Translations under genes and position numbers: made by a program | In this document: positions 12,891 through 25,451 of the stretch, piece by piece | Position numbering within the stretch: the stretch's first letter is position 1 | How the letters are laid out: every line of letters starts with the position of its first letter | Notes under the pieces: model-generated | The model's database searches: none | Told to the model about the DNA's origin: nothing | What the model saw: the letters and a program-made list of their open reading frames with translations, nothing else | Assembly: GCF_006345805.1 (NCBI RefSeq) | Contig: NC_042997.1 | Coordinates: forward strand, 6,076,001-6,140,000 | Source: Octopus sinensis | Lineage: Eukaryota | DNA length: 64,000 nt | Reading direction: 5' to 3'

Positions 12891-13205
12891 GGTGGTGGTG
12901 GTAGCAGCAGCATTAGTAATTGTAGTAGTAGTGTTGGTGGTGGTGGTAGTAGTAGTATAAGGAATTGTGGTAGTGGTATTGGTGCTGGTGGTGGTGGTTT
13001 CAAATTTAGAAACAACGTTAAAATTTTTGGTAGTTCTGGGGGTCAAAATAATTACACCAAAGCCACTATTTGATGGATACATTTTTTTAATGGACCCCGA
13101 AGTGTTAATGGTGGACGTGAACTCAGTGAGATTAGAAAGGATAACGTTAAATCCTGGAAGAAATAATGACTTGTACGTCTTCCAAATTTCTAACGTTTCT
13201 GTTAA

Positions 13206-13237
<32 letters not shown>

Positions 13238-13343
13238 CACTTCTACTGCTACTGATACAACTACTTGCAGTAGTAGTAGTAGTAGTAGTATAGTAGTAGT
13301 AGTAGTAGTAGTAGTACTTGTGCTACAAATGATGATGACGATA

Positions 13344-13398
<55 letters not shown>

Positions 13399-13505
13399 TA
13401 ATAATAATAATTATAATAATAATAATAATGATAATAATAATAATAATGATGATGATAATAATAATGATAATGATAATAATAACAACAACAACTGCAACAA
13501 TTATA
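12467..13505. repeat. Compound trinucleotide microsatellite: (GAT)n,(AGT)n,(AGC)n,(GGT)n,(CTA)n,(AAT)n
   Basis: Directly visible; explains all poly-M/S/V/T/L/N ORFs here. Confidence 0.95.
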
Positions 13506-14175
13506 ATACCAAAATAAAGATTAAAGGAAAAGAAAAAAAACTACTATTAAATAGACATAAAAGAAAAAAAGAAAAATTCCGGCGTTGTAAACAGAAGGGA
13601 AATAATAAAGATAACATATGAATTAACGATGGCAACATTCTTCTAACATCACACATTGGTGTTCACTGGTCATTTATCATAGCTTTGCTATTGATATTCT
13701 CCAGCATCGCTCTGCTATCGACAAGAGCAGTAATTACTCTAATCAACAACTGATCCTATTTGCGAGGCTGCTTCGAGGATTTATAGTAAACAAGCCACAA
13801 AAGCAGGCGGCAAATTTTATCGGTCATCAATTCTTCACGATCTTTCTAACCGTCCCGTTACTCTATCATTTCTCATATCAGCTATATGATCAAATTAGCT
13901 AGAAACTCATTGATGCGCTATAGTCTGCAACATCGTATTGACATGGAATGTTTTGCACAAACAATCTGATGTAGCTATCTATAATAAATTGTGAGTTACA
14001 ATTTTGTTCAAATATGAGTTGAATCCGAATGTAATTGAAAAAAATACATCAATGCATTCAGTAATTAATTAGATATATCAATATTATGAATACTATCAAA
14101 TATATTTGTTTAGGCAAACCACGCGCATGGTTAACTGTGATATATATCGTCAACTCGATCACTTGATCACGTGAA

Positions 14176-14192
14176 ATATATATACATATGTA

Positions 14193-14253
<61 letters not shown>

Positions 14254-14405
14254 GATATATATATATATTATATATATATATATAAATATATATATATATA
14301 CATACAGACGCATATATATATATATATATGCACATATATATATACTTATACGTATATATATGTATATGTATATGTGTGTCTAAATATATATATATACTTT
14401 ATATA

Positions 14406-14443
<38 letters not shown>
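14176..14443. repeat. (TA)n-rich microsatellite upstream of the CR1 insertion
   Basis: Directly visible. Confidence 0.9.
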
Positions 14444-14446
<3 letters not shown>

Positions 14447-15173
14447 ACTCAACTTGATTCGAGCCGGGTCGTCTGCTGCTGGAGAGGACCGATCAGGTAA
14501 AGGACCTAGGTATCTTGGTGGATCCCTCCTTTTCGCCTTCGGCCCGTGCGTCCATGCTGCCAACAAAGCACGCGGAATTCTGTTCTTGATTCGACGGTCA
14601 TTCGGAATGCTCACAGCAGCCATATTCCTACCAATCTATGTCACGCTGGTGAGACCATATTGGAGTATGGGATTCAAGCCTCTTCTCCTTATCTCCTCAA
14701 AGACATACAGCATCTCGAAAGAGTCCAGAAGCTGGCTACCCGCATGGTTCATGGTCTCAAAATTTGTCCTACGAAGAAAGGCTGAGGACGCTCGACTATT
14801 ATTCTCTTGAAAAACGCCGCCGCCGTAGTGATCTCATTCTCGCCCACAACATCATAAGCGGAAAGTGTAACCTCTCGAAAGAGCTGTTCTTCACCCGCTC
14901 CAGAGCGTCGGCTGCGGGGTCATTCCGAAAAGCTCTACCTGCGACGATTTCATCTCAATCGAAGGAGAGGAGCTTTCTACGTCCGGGTTGCGGATCCGTG
15001 GAACAAGCTGCCAGACGAGATGGTAAAGATGCCGACGACCGCTTTGTTCAAAGCCTCCTTGACATCAAGTGGCCTGAACTCTTTACATGAACAACAGCCT
15101 GTACTTAACTCCATGTCCCCCTACATGGCCTTGCTATTTGCTTTTGAGCAAATTAACTAACTAACTAACTAAC
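14444..15173 (+). mobile_element. CR1-group LINE, 5'-truncated 3' end (RT C-terminus, 3' UTR and (AACT)n tail)
   Basis: Frameshift-corrected peptide VKDLGILVD...CVHAANKARGILFLIRRSF...YVTLVRP/ILEYGIQASSPYLLKDIQHLERVQKLATRMVHGL/SYEERLRTLDYYSLEKRRRRSDLI...LRGHSEKL...AFYVRVADPWNKLP is typical of CR1-group ORF2; ends aactaactaactaactaac. Confidence 0.88.
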
Positions 15174-15231
15174 ATATATATATATATATATATGTGTCTA
15201 AATATATATATATATATATACTTTATATATA

Positions 15232-15302
<71 letters not shown>

Positions 15303-15493
15303 TGTATGTGTGTGAATATATGTGGAACGGCATAGTGAAGTATACATATACTTACGTATATATGTATATGTATATGTGTGTCTAAATATATATATATACT
15401 TTATATATGTGTGTCTAAATATATATATTATATACTTTATATATATATATATACGTTATATATATATATATATATATATATACTGTGATATAG

Positions 15494-15526
<33 letters not shown>

Positions 15527-15571
15527 GTATGTGTGTAATATATATAACATACATATATATATATATATATA

Positions 15572-15655
<84 letters not shown>

Positions 15656-15703
15656 GTATATATGTATATATATATATATGTATATATATATGTATATATA
15701 TAC

Positions 15704-15758
<55 letters not shown>

Positions 15759-15761
15759 ATC

Positions 15762-15807
<46 letters not shown>

Positions 15808-15826
15808 CGTATCCACATTGTCCTTT
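15174..15826. repeat. Long interrupted (TA)n microsatellite
   Basis: Directly visible. Confidence 0.95.
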
Positions 15827-15859
15827 ACGATAAGTATATTTTTTCTCTAGCATTGATAC

Positions 15860-16555
15860 GACTCTTAATCTGTCTCTCTTTCTCTCTCTCTCTCCTCCCT
15901 TATTCCCCTTCCTTTCTTCCCTCTCCATCCGTCTCCCCCCCTTCTACGTTTTCTCTATCTCTCTCACCTCCAGCCCCCTCGATCTGTCTCTTTCTCTTCT
16001 TCCTCTCCACGCCCCTTCTCTCTCTTTTCATCTGTCCCTTTCTGTTGTCTTTTGTTCTCACGTGACCGCTAGCCACTGTTGAGCGCTCTTTTCGTTTCAG
16101 CAGCCGCAGAAGCAACACGTATTTGTTCGTCTCCCCGTGGCCATTAGGCACAACTTCACAAGCCAGCCCCATACTCAACTCGTCCTGTCGAAAGACCCTT
16201 GTCCTACGTCCTGGTTTTGTTTTGTTGTTTATTTTTTTATTTTTACCGTTATTGTTTTTACGTTTTTGTATTCTTATTGGTGTCACGTATTCTGTATTTT
16301 TGTTTGTGTACTTCGTTCGTTTTCCGTCCTCGCGTTGTATACATTCGAAGCTTTCTTCCAGGGGATCTAATGCGCTTGGCTTAGATTTCCCTTGGCGGGC
16401 TGGCCATATCGGAGCAATCTCAAGATTAATCAGCCGAAATTGCTAAGATGATCTGGTTCTTGACTGATGACTGAGGGCTTCGAATGTCCCGTCCTGTGGT
16501 TCTTGTGTCGTCTCTGTGGTGTTTCATGTTCTTGTCCATGTCTGTAATTATTTTT
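15860..16555 (+). mobile_element. Unclassified interspersed repeat (CT-rich 5' part, conserved 3' part), copy 1
   Basis: tcacgtgaccgct, tatacattcga, caagattaatcagccgaaattgcta.gatgatc, gcttcgaatgtcccgtc all recur as reverse complement at 24083-24780; ends at a (TA)n run. The strand label is relative to copy 2. Confidence 0.7.
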
Positions 16556-16882
16556 ACTGTTTACCTATATATATATATATATACTGTTATGTCCGGGGAG
16601 TGTCATTTTCTTTTTGTGTCTGATAAGTAATTTAACACACGCACGGGTAAAATTTCCACTTGTTCCATACTTTTATTTTCCTAAAATTTTCATTGCGTCT
16701 TGCAACCTATTCAGTAGTCTTGACTATCCGTTATTTACACTGCGTTCCTATTGTTTGTTTGAGCGCATATGTGTGGGTCAGTGTGTGTGGGCTGTGCATT
16801 ATGTATGTATGTATATATGTATATATATATATATACATATAAATATATTATAGATAGATATACACATACATACATACACGCC

Positions 16883-16925
<43 letters not shown>

Positions 16926-18005
16926 TATTATATATATATACATAACTATGTGTATGTATACTCATGCATGGACGCACACAACGCAACACATTCAGTCGCA
17001 CGCATGTGCTTACACACATATACACGACAAGGCTTATCATAGGAAAACAGATTGATTAATTACCTTTCCTTTCCCTGTATGTAGTTAAATAGACTGGCCT
17101 TGAATTATTGATTTTGTTCACTTATATTTTATGTAAATGCATACATATTATACAGGGAACATGTGTGAGAAGGAGAGAGAAAGGGATCAATACAGGGTAT
17201 TTCTTAAGTAAACATTTAATAAGGGAATTAAAAGCTTAAATATCCTAGTAGTCACTGATTTTATAATGGGAAAGTGAATCTTCGAACTGCAAGTCTTTAG
17301 CAGCCTACGTTTGTGAGAGAGTTTGCGTCAACTGCATATGTAGGTAACTGGCTTATTTATCTATATTTCGTTTGGTGTTTAACATTAGATTTGGTTTTTG
17401 GATTTGCTTTGTCTGCTACAGTTATCTTTGTTGGCATAAGCGAATTATTTTAGCAAGTATGGGATATTTTGAGCTACAGGTATGATAGGCTGTCTTATGA
17501 TTAGGCTTATAACACACATGTGATTGTGTATGGTATCTTGTTTAAATACTCTTTTCACGTGCGCGCGTTTGAAAACATATTTGTATTTTGGCGTTGCTAA
17601 TCGTGTGTGTATTTGAGGAATGTGAATGTTAAGGGAAAATGAGGTTCATGAATTAATGGAAACAATGAAATTAATTAAAAGTTATCTAGACTGCAAAGAT
17701 CTAAAATAAATTGAGAAATGACATGTTCAGATGATAGTTATAACTATTAATAGCTGCTTATTAGTGAACCTAAGACAAGAGTTCAAGTATCAATTTTATA
17801 TGTGATGGACAGTAAATGACGGAAAACGATAAAGATGAAAAGGATAGATGTATGGATACATAAGGGTTATGTTAAAAATTATTGGGGCAATACTAAACAG
17901 ATGTGAAAATGTGAATGTATAAGTGAAATTTTGCACGTGCGGGATAGTAAGGAACTGACGGTGAGTAATAGATCAGCTTATGTAATATGTGTGTGTGTTA
18001 GTGTG

Positions 18006-18040
<35 letters not shown>

Positions 18041-18309
18041 GTGTCTGTTTGTGTGTGTGTGTGAGCACGTTTATTGAAGATCATTGCGAAGGTTTCGTAA
18101 ACAAGAGCTATGATTGTAAGATGACTGAGTGGCAGAAGGTGGTGTGGGACATGTTATGATATATAGAAGAGTTAAAAGAAAAGAATCTAATTAATTATGG
18201 TCCACTCCTATTGCGCATACATTAAGAGACAACTAAACGGCTGAGAGAAACCTCCCCTAAAGGTATATACATACATGCTCAAACTAATGTGCGTGTGTGT
18301 ATATATGGC

Positions 18310-18490
18310 TTGGTGGCTATGGTGGTGCGCTGTGTTCTTGAGCAAAACATTTCATCTCGAGTTACTCTGCGATCACTTCGACAACTGGCGCGTGCATCTG
18401 CTCAGACAACGCGCATTTGATGGAGAAATTGGGTTAATGTGAAATACGAACATTTGATCACTATCAACAAATCATTTGTGCAGGGGGCAG
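18310..18490 (+). mobile_element. SINE fragment (family C-related head)
   Basis: gtgcgctgtgttcttgagcaaaacatttcatctc...gcgatcacttcgac...gaacatttgatcactatcaacaaatcatttgtgcag; 'tgtgt.c.tga.caa..cac' motif shared with 58594-58690. Confidence 0.5.
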
Positions 18491-18858
18491 ACGATGAAAT
18501 GATTTACGAATACGTGAGTTCGTCGGACGTAGGGACGTCGGAAGAGGAGTAGCTGGCTTGTCAGGACAAAATAGGGAGAGAAATGGAGAAATGTAGACTG
18601 GAGATTTTCGGAAATAATGAAAAGAATTTTGCAGCTGTAGCCGGCACTCAAAAAGAGGATAGTGGGGAAATAGATATAGACTTTGAGAAGGGAGGTGCAC
18701 GAAGTCAAGGTGAAACCTCCTAGCGAAATTAGGAGGAATATATAGAGAAAAACAATTATTTACAAGACTTAACATGTAAAACTGAGGAGAATAGATATTG
18801 CAACACGTGAACCATTAGAAAAGGTTCTGAGATCTATCTGGCAGGACATCATAAATTC

Positions 18859-19100
18859 ATAATATGGTTTTGTATATAAATACATAGTTTAGTATGTTGC
18901 CAAATGATCCATTTTATGCAAACTAGGATGACCCATTTTAAGCAAACTAGTGATATGCAGTTATATAAAACATTGGTTTAATGTAAACAGCACTACAGCT
19001 ATCTTTAAATATTATGCATGTTTCGTATATTCATGATGTGGTTTTGTATATAAATATATAGTCTAATATGTTGCCAAATGACCCATTTTATGCAAATTAG
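18859..19100. repeat. Imperfect direct duplication (~65-bp core, period ~175 bp)
   Basis: tggttttgtatataaata.atag..ta.tatgttgccaaatga.ccattttatgcaaa.tag occurs at about 18864-18926 and 19038-19100. Confidence 0.8.
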
Positions 19101-19947
19101 CAGGCATGCTTATATTTCAAATAGATAATCTCTTGTTTAACAACCTGACAAAATTCAGGCTTCTAACGATAAGACTTCTCTTGCCTTGGAGTGTATGTAA
19201 TGGTCATGGAAAGAAAATTGTTGTCGTAGAATAAATAATAAATTAATGTAAAGAGAATGATATCACCATTCGTTTATTTCATTTTGGACACTCTATGCAA
19301 CACTTCACTGACCTTCATTTAAAGTAATTATAACTGCATCCTTCCAAATTTGACACTTGGTTTTAGGGCCGATTTTCGATCAGTAAATATACTTAATTAC
19401 ACTTCTAATAATATTTCCAAAAATCGAAATGTCTCAATTACCTGTAACATTTGGGTTTCATCTCTCATTGTAAAAGGAATCAATCTTTAATATCTGGACA
19501 ACATGTGTATTGATTTTTCCCTAAAAAATATATATAAATACAACGGATTTGACTGCGAATGGTACAACATAATATTTTTAATGTTATGTTTGTATTTTTG
19601 TCTTTATCCGTCTGTTGTTTTACGTTGTTAACGAACATGTGTGCCAAATTTAAAGATAATAATCTTTATTTTGTTTACGTCTTTAACAGCCTAAGAATAA
19701 AACTGCTACAAGCAACACTCAATTACTGAAGTTCAATGGTGTTACAAAAGAGAGCAGATAGAGCATCGATAATTGAGGTTTCTACATCCTTTACGTTTAT
19801 CAATGATTCATGCGATATAACGATCTGGAGAGAAATCAATATTTCGGAAATGTTACCTCACTAAATATGTCCATACATATCTACATAGCAACATACACAA
19901 AGGCAGAGGCAAGCTAACTTTGTATGAACGAATATAACTCTCTATCT

Positions 19948-19962
19948 CCCCCTCTCTCTCTC

Positions 19963-20035
<73 letters not shown>

Positions 20036-20152
20036 GTATGTGTGTTTATACGGACATATATATATATATGTATATGTCTATATATATGTATATATATATA
20101 TCATCTATATATCTCTCTATCTGTCTATTATCTATATTTCTCTCTCTCTCTC

Positions 20153-20209
<57 letters not shown>

Positions 20210-20270
20210 CATACATATGTACATTAATATATATATATATGTGTGTTTGTGTATATATATAAATATATAA
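19948..20270. repeat. Compound (CT)/(TA)/(TG) microsatellite
   Basis: Directly visible. Confidence 0.9.
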
Positions 20271-21467
20271 ACATGCAAATATACATGCATATTACTTATT
20301 TTCAAATGATCACTGAATGTAGTAATAGTTTGTAAATTAAAGTATATAATAATATATCTTAAGAAAAATTCATATCATCTTAGCGTGTAGAATATTCCTT
20401 GAATAGGCAAAGATTTCCGTATCGATTGTCAGACTTATGGCGCACCGAAAACGGTAATGTCTCCCATAAAACTATAAACACGCCATCATATTTTTTAACA
20501 ACTTCAGTTTAAGACACTACATCGTTAGATATAAAGACATCCTTACCATGCTCAGTCGCAGAAAAACACATATATTGTTATTAACACGCGAGTTTCACAA
20601 GTATATATATATATATATATAAACAAAATCGACGTCTTGAAGTAAGTATATTGATAAGATAAAAAATTAAATGATGGACGGTAATAAACTGGTATTGCGC
20701 TTGGCATCAGACTTATTTCCTTTTGCATTTATACTTTTATAATTTACAAATGACTGAAGTAATATCTGAAATAAATTTTACTCATAGAAACAAAACATGA
20801 TCTTGCAGTGTAAAAATAATTTAATGCCACCACTTTAGCATTCAGTTTTCCCAATCTCGGGAAATATTGACCATCATGAGTCGTAAGATTCTCTTTGAAA
20901 AATTTAGTCAATTGCTATTAGATCTTAGCCAGGGTTATGTGTTTTCTAAAATGACATGATATTGAATAAACTGTGATATATTTACTTAAAAAATACTTCT
21001 TTAAAAATTATATTAGATTGTAATATATTACTTCCTATCATGATTTGAAGTGTACATTATATTGACATAAAATACAGAGAAAGCGCGCGATCACACAGAC
21101 ACAAAACACATACTCACACATCACACGCACAAACAGACTACACGCACATTTTCAGAGCAACAGGTTTCACTTATATTCACTTATATTTCTCAGTTTTTAT
21201 TAAAACATATTTACCGCCGTGTTCTAGAAACACATTATGAAATATATCAAATAAATATATTTATTAATGTAAGTTCGTAAATATAATATAAGTGCGATTC
21301 CTGTTTGTTTCAAGAAGGAATTATGCTATGAACAGACACCTACAATGATTGGCTTAGAGGTTATTGCTGTTATCCTGTTTTGACTGCTTAAAATTTATCT
21401 AGTTCATCTATATAAACATGCATATTAAATTTGGTCGACCCGAGGAAAGTACATGGTAAAAGCACAA

Positions 21468-21697
21468 GGCGGCGAGCTGGAAGAATCGTTAGCACGTCGG
21501 GCGAAATGCGTTGCCATATTTCGTCTGCCGTTACGCTCTGAGTTCTAATTCCGCCAAAGTCGACTTTGGCTTTAATCCTTTCGGCGTCGATAAATATAGT
21601 ACCGGTTAAGCGCTGGGGTCGATATAATCGACATAATCCCTTTGTCTGCCCTTGTTTGTCCCTCTATTTTTAGCCCTAGTGTGCAATAAAGAAATAA
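21468..21697 (+). mobile_element. tRNA-derived SINE family A, near full length
   Basis: ggcggcgagctggaagaatcgttagcacgtcgggcgaaatgc...gagttctaattccgccaaagtcgactttggc...ggggtcgatataatcgac...caataaagaaataa. Confidence 0.85.
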
Positions 21698-21736
21698 AAA
21701 GTACAAGGTACATTGGGCAAGTACAATGTAGTTAAC

Positions 21737-21810
21737 CAATGTACCACGCAGTGGAATTGAACACGGAACCATGTGGTAGGAACCAGGCTTCTTACCACAC
21801 GGCCACACCT
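21737..21810 (-). mobile_element. SINE family B tRNA-like head
   Basis: Reverse complement ggtgtggccgtgtggtaagaagcctggttcctaccacatggttccgtgttcaattccactgcgtggtacattgg, with A box (tggccgtgtgg) and B box (gttcaattcc). Confidence 0.8.
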
Positions 21811-21815
21811 AAGTT

Positions 21816-22288
<473 letters not shown>

Positions 22289-22500
22289 AGGATGGCGGTG
22301 CATAAATCACAAATTAGAAACCTTAATACCGGAAAAACGGTAAGCGGACACATAGATAGATGTGCTGCAAATAAAAATCCGAAATTTACAACTTACCCAC
22401 TTTACAAATTCAGTGACAGCGTAAACTTCACGCAACACCAAAATAAAAACTTTATTTCATCAAAAAATTTGGACCAAGTTTGAACACCCTGGGCCAGGAT
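22289..22500 (+). mobile_element. PLE GIY-YIG endonuclease C-terminal fragment
   Basis: [11 protein letters not shown]...[23 protein letters not shown].../KKFGPSLN is homologous to RMFLHRSHIK...SEHIDIGATNKHPRFRTFLLYKF at 55270-55480. Confidence 0.7.
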
Positions 22501-22750
22501 ATTAAAACAAAACATTGGTCTTCCGAAAAAGAAAAAACGAAACTCTACCACAACCACTACGACTGCTCCCACTAACTCTACCACTACTATAACCACCGTG
22601 GTCACTGTTACTACGGCCACAGTGAGAGAATTAAAATAGTGGAGGTGGGGGCAATTACAATTTCTCAGATCCTTAAACAGTCACTCCCGCTGGCAGTGGT
22701 ATGTCTTAGGGAAGTAAAAATTTATAAAAATAATTTTTTTTCTCTGCGAA

Positions 22751-23113
22751 CAGATCTGATTTTGATTAGTCAAAAAATTGATGACATTTTACCTCAGTAG
22801 TCAAGCTTGTCGCCATGCTTGATTGGTTTCCCCACAAGATACAGTTATGGGTCAGGTCTAATTCTGATTCGTTAAAAAATTGATGACGTTTTTCTTCCGT
22901 GGTCAAACTAACTAGGATACAATTATGGGTCAGATCTGACGTTGATTCGCTAAAAAATTGATAACGTTTTTCTTCCGTGGTCAAACTAGCCACCTAACAG
23001 GATACAATTATAGGTCAGATCTAATTTTGATTCGCTAAAAAATTGATGAATTTTTTCTTCCGTGGTCAAACTTGTCGTTCTGCTTGGCTGGTTTCCTAAA
23101 CAGTATACAGTTG
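22751..23113. repeat. Four-unit minisatellite (units 102, 78, 85 and ~98 bp)
   Basis: Core cag.tct.a..ttgatt.g..aaaaaattgat.a..ttt..cttccgtggtcaaact starts at 22751, 22853, 22931 and 23016. Confidence 0.9.
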
Positions 23114-23408
23114 GTGGTATTTTCCTTATAATCGTTGAAGCTTGGCTTTGATTGGTTTGGAATTATATTACGTCAGTGAACAGTGCCAGAGACCACAGCT
23201 ACTACTGCTTTCACAGACACAACTTAACTGATATAAACCCAGCAATCACAAGTTTACCAAAATTACGCTAACAGTCGACAACCAAGAATCACTACTGTTG
23301 CTCCCATCGGAACACACGGTCAAATCTATAATGAACTCCTGCACCACACTTGACAAAACAGTAAGGAACGACTTACACATTATAATATATTTTTCGCCTT
23401 TTCAAGAA

Positions 23409-23550
23409 CATGGATTCTATTGAATGTATATAGCATGGACTCTATTGAATGTATTTAACAATTATGAACTGTTCCATTATACTTTTTATGTATATAGCAT
23501 GGACTCTATTGAATGTATGAAACAATTATGAACTATTCCATTATACTCTT
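23409..23550. repeat. ~63-bp tandem duplication plus partial unit
   Basis: atgtatatagcatggactctattgaatgtat..aacaattatgaact.ttccattatact occurs twice, preceded by catggattctattgaatgtat. Confidence 0.85.
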
Positions 23551-23657
23551 TATTATAAAAAAAAAATTTTTGATAAGGTTCGTTATTTCAAGAACCGAAA
23601 CATGTAAAAATTAAAATTTATCTAATATACTGGCATTTTCAAACTTCTTTTTTACAA

Positions 23658-23671
23658 ATATACATATATAT

Positions 23672-23729
<58 letters not shown>

Positions 23730-23780
23730 CATATATATACATATATATTTACATATATATATACATATATATACATATAC

Positions 23781-23814
<34 letters not shown>

Positions 23815-24075
23815 TATATATTATATATACATATATACATATATACACATATATATATATATATATATATCATATATATATATAACATATATATATATAT
23901 ATACATATATATGTATACATATATATATACATATACATATATATATATATATACATACACACATATATATATACATATATATACATATACATATATATAT
24001 ATACATTACATATATATACATATACACATATATACATATACACACACACATATATATATATATAATATATATATT
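23658..24075. repeat. (TA)n/(TACA)n microsatellite
   Basis: Directly visible. Confidence 0.95.
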
Positions 24076-24082
24076 ATATTAT

Positions 24083-24780
24083 ATGTAGAAAATACAAACT
24101 GGGAAAAGAACGTAAAACATTTAGAAGACGATACAAAAAACACGGACGGGACATTCGAAGCCTTCAATCTTCAGTCGAGAACAGGATCATCCTAGCAATT
24201 TCGGCTGATTAATCTTGAGAACGCTCCAAGGAAAATCTAAACTATGAACATTAGATTTCTTGGAAGAAGGATCGAATGTATACGAAACAGGGACAGAAAA
24301 ATGGACGATGTCACGCGAATATAGAATACAAAAAACAATAATGGTAAAAACAGGACAAAAACAGCGTGTGTCTTACGACTAATAAACAGTACAACTTAGT
24401 TTAGCTGGCGTATTTTGGACAAAATACCTTTATCGGCAGACGAAGACAACGATGTTCTCACGGCAGTGGTCAGAGGACAAAAGCCTGGTTTAACCAGCGG
24501 TCACGTGAGAGAAGAGTGAGAAAAGAAAGGGGGCAAAGGAAACAAAGAGAGAGCGAAAAACAGGGACGAAGGCAACAAGGGGGGGTAAGAGAGAGAAAGA
24601 AGGAATTAAAGAGGGGAGAAGAATGAGTGCGTGCCAAGGATTGGCTGGGGACAGAATCACTAAGTGCAAGTGAGAAAGACAGAGAAATGTTAGTGAGTGG
24701 GGAAGAGTAGACCAAAGAATCAGAGGCAAGAAAAGAGAAAAGGAGGAGAAGGAGAGAGGGAGAGAAGGAGACATATCAAA
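24083..24780 (-). mobile_element. Unclassified interspersed repeat, copy 2 (inverted relative to 15860-16555)
   Basis: gacgggacattcgaagcc...tagcaatttcggctgattaatcttgaga...tcgaatgtatacg...agcggtcacgtgaga is the reverse complement of motifs in copy 1. Confidence 0.7.
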
Positions 24781-25028
24781 GTAGAGTGCAAAGTGTGGAA
24801 GTCAGAGAAATGTAGGAGAGAGAGAAAGTGTATAGAGTCGTACCAAATTTACAGGAATATATACTTACATAAGGCCAAAGAGGGTACGGACGCTGCTATA
24901 TATATTATATTTAGAAAAATACAAACATATATATATGCATATAAATTCATATATATATACATATATGTATAGATATGTATATATATACATATATATGTAC
25001 ATATATATGTATAAATATATAGAGAGAG

Positions 25029-25064
<36 letters not shown>

Positions 25065-25065
25065 G

Positions 25066-25130
<65 letters not shown>

Positions 25131-25132
<2 letters not shown>

Positions 25133-25300
25133 GGATAATTCACGAAAAAACAAAAGACGAAGACAGGTGGTGTACAAAACAAACAGATGTATTCGGGAAT
25201 CGAAAAAATTCTTTTACGTTTCGAGCCTACGCTCTTCTACAGAAAGGATCACAGAAAGAAACAAGGAGAGAAAAAATTGTGCTGAGGCTACCGATCTATC
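25131..25300 (-). mobile_element. PLE-type terminal (pLTR-like) fragment ending at a (GA)/(GATA) microsatellite
   Basis: Homologous to 9708-9803; contains the hammerhead-like motif below. Confidence 0.6.
25211..25246 (-). ncRNA. Minimal type-I hammerhead-ribozyme-like motif, core variant CUGUAGA
   Basis: Minus strand CUUU-CUGUAGA-A-GAGC(GUAG)GCUC-GAA-ACGU-A-AAAG: 4-bp stem I, 4-bp stem II, GAAA, palindromic ACGU and GUA triplet. Activity untested. Confidence 0.5.
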
Positions 25301-25451
25301 ATGGCCGTGTTTGTGTGTGTGAGTGTCTCTGTGTGTCCCTAAAGAACAAACATCTAGGTAAAAACTATAAAACGCCCAATTCTATTATCTTTGACTTCCA
25401 AAAGAATTCTTCTTCAAGAGTTGTGATTCTATAACATGTGATTCTATTATT

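Noticed and set aside
12459-13517. Long ORFs of poly-Ser/Thr/Val/Leu/Met/Asn (up to 207 aa)
   Set aside because: Open in several frames on both strands because trinucleotide microsatellites lack stops; no coding signal.
16470-16500. CTGATGA...GAA motif as a hammerhead
   Set aside because: It reads GAAU rather than GAAA, has no stem I complement and only a weak stem II.
22751-23113. CRISPR-like repeat-spacer appearance
   Set aside because: Linkers are related to each other, cores are ~55 bp and variable, there are no cas genes, and the context is eukaryotic.
24400-24445. Minus-strand ccgataaaggtattttgtccaaaatacg as a decayed hammerhead
   Set aside because: It needs at least three core corrections and stem I does not pair cleanly; too degenerate to claim.
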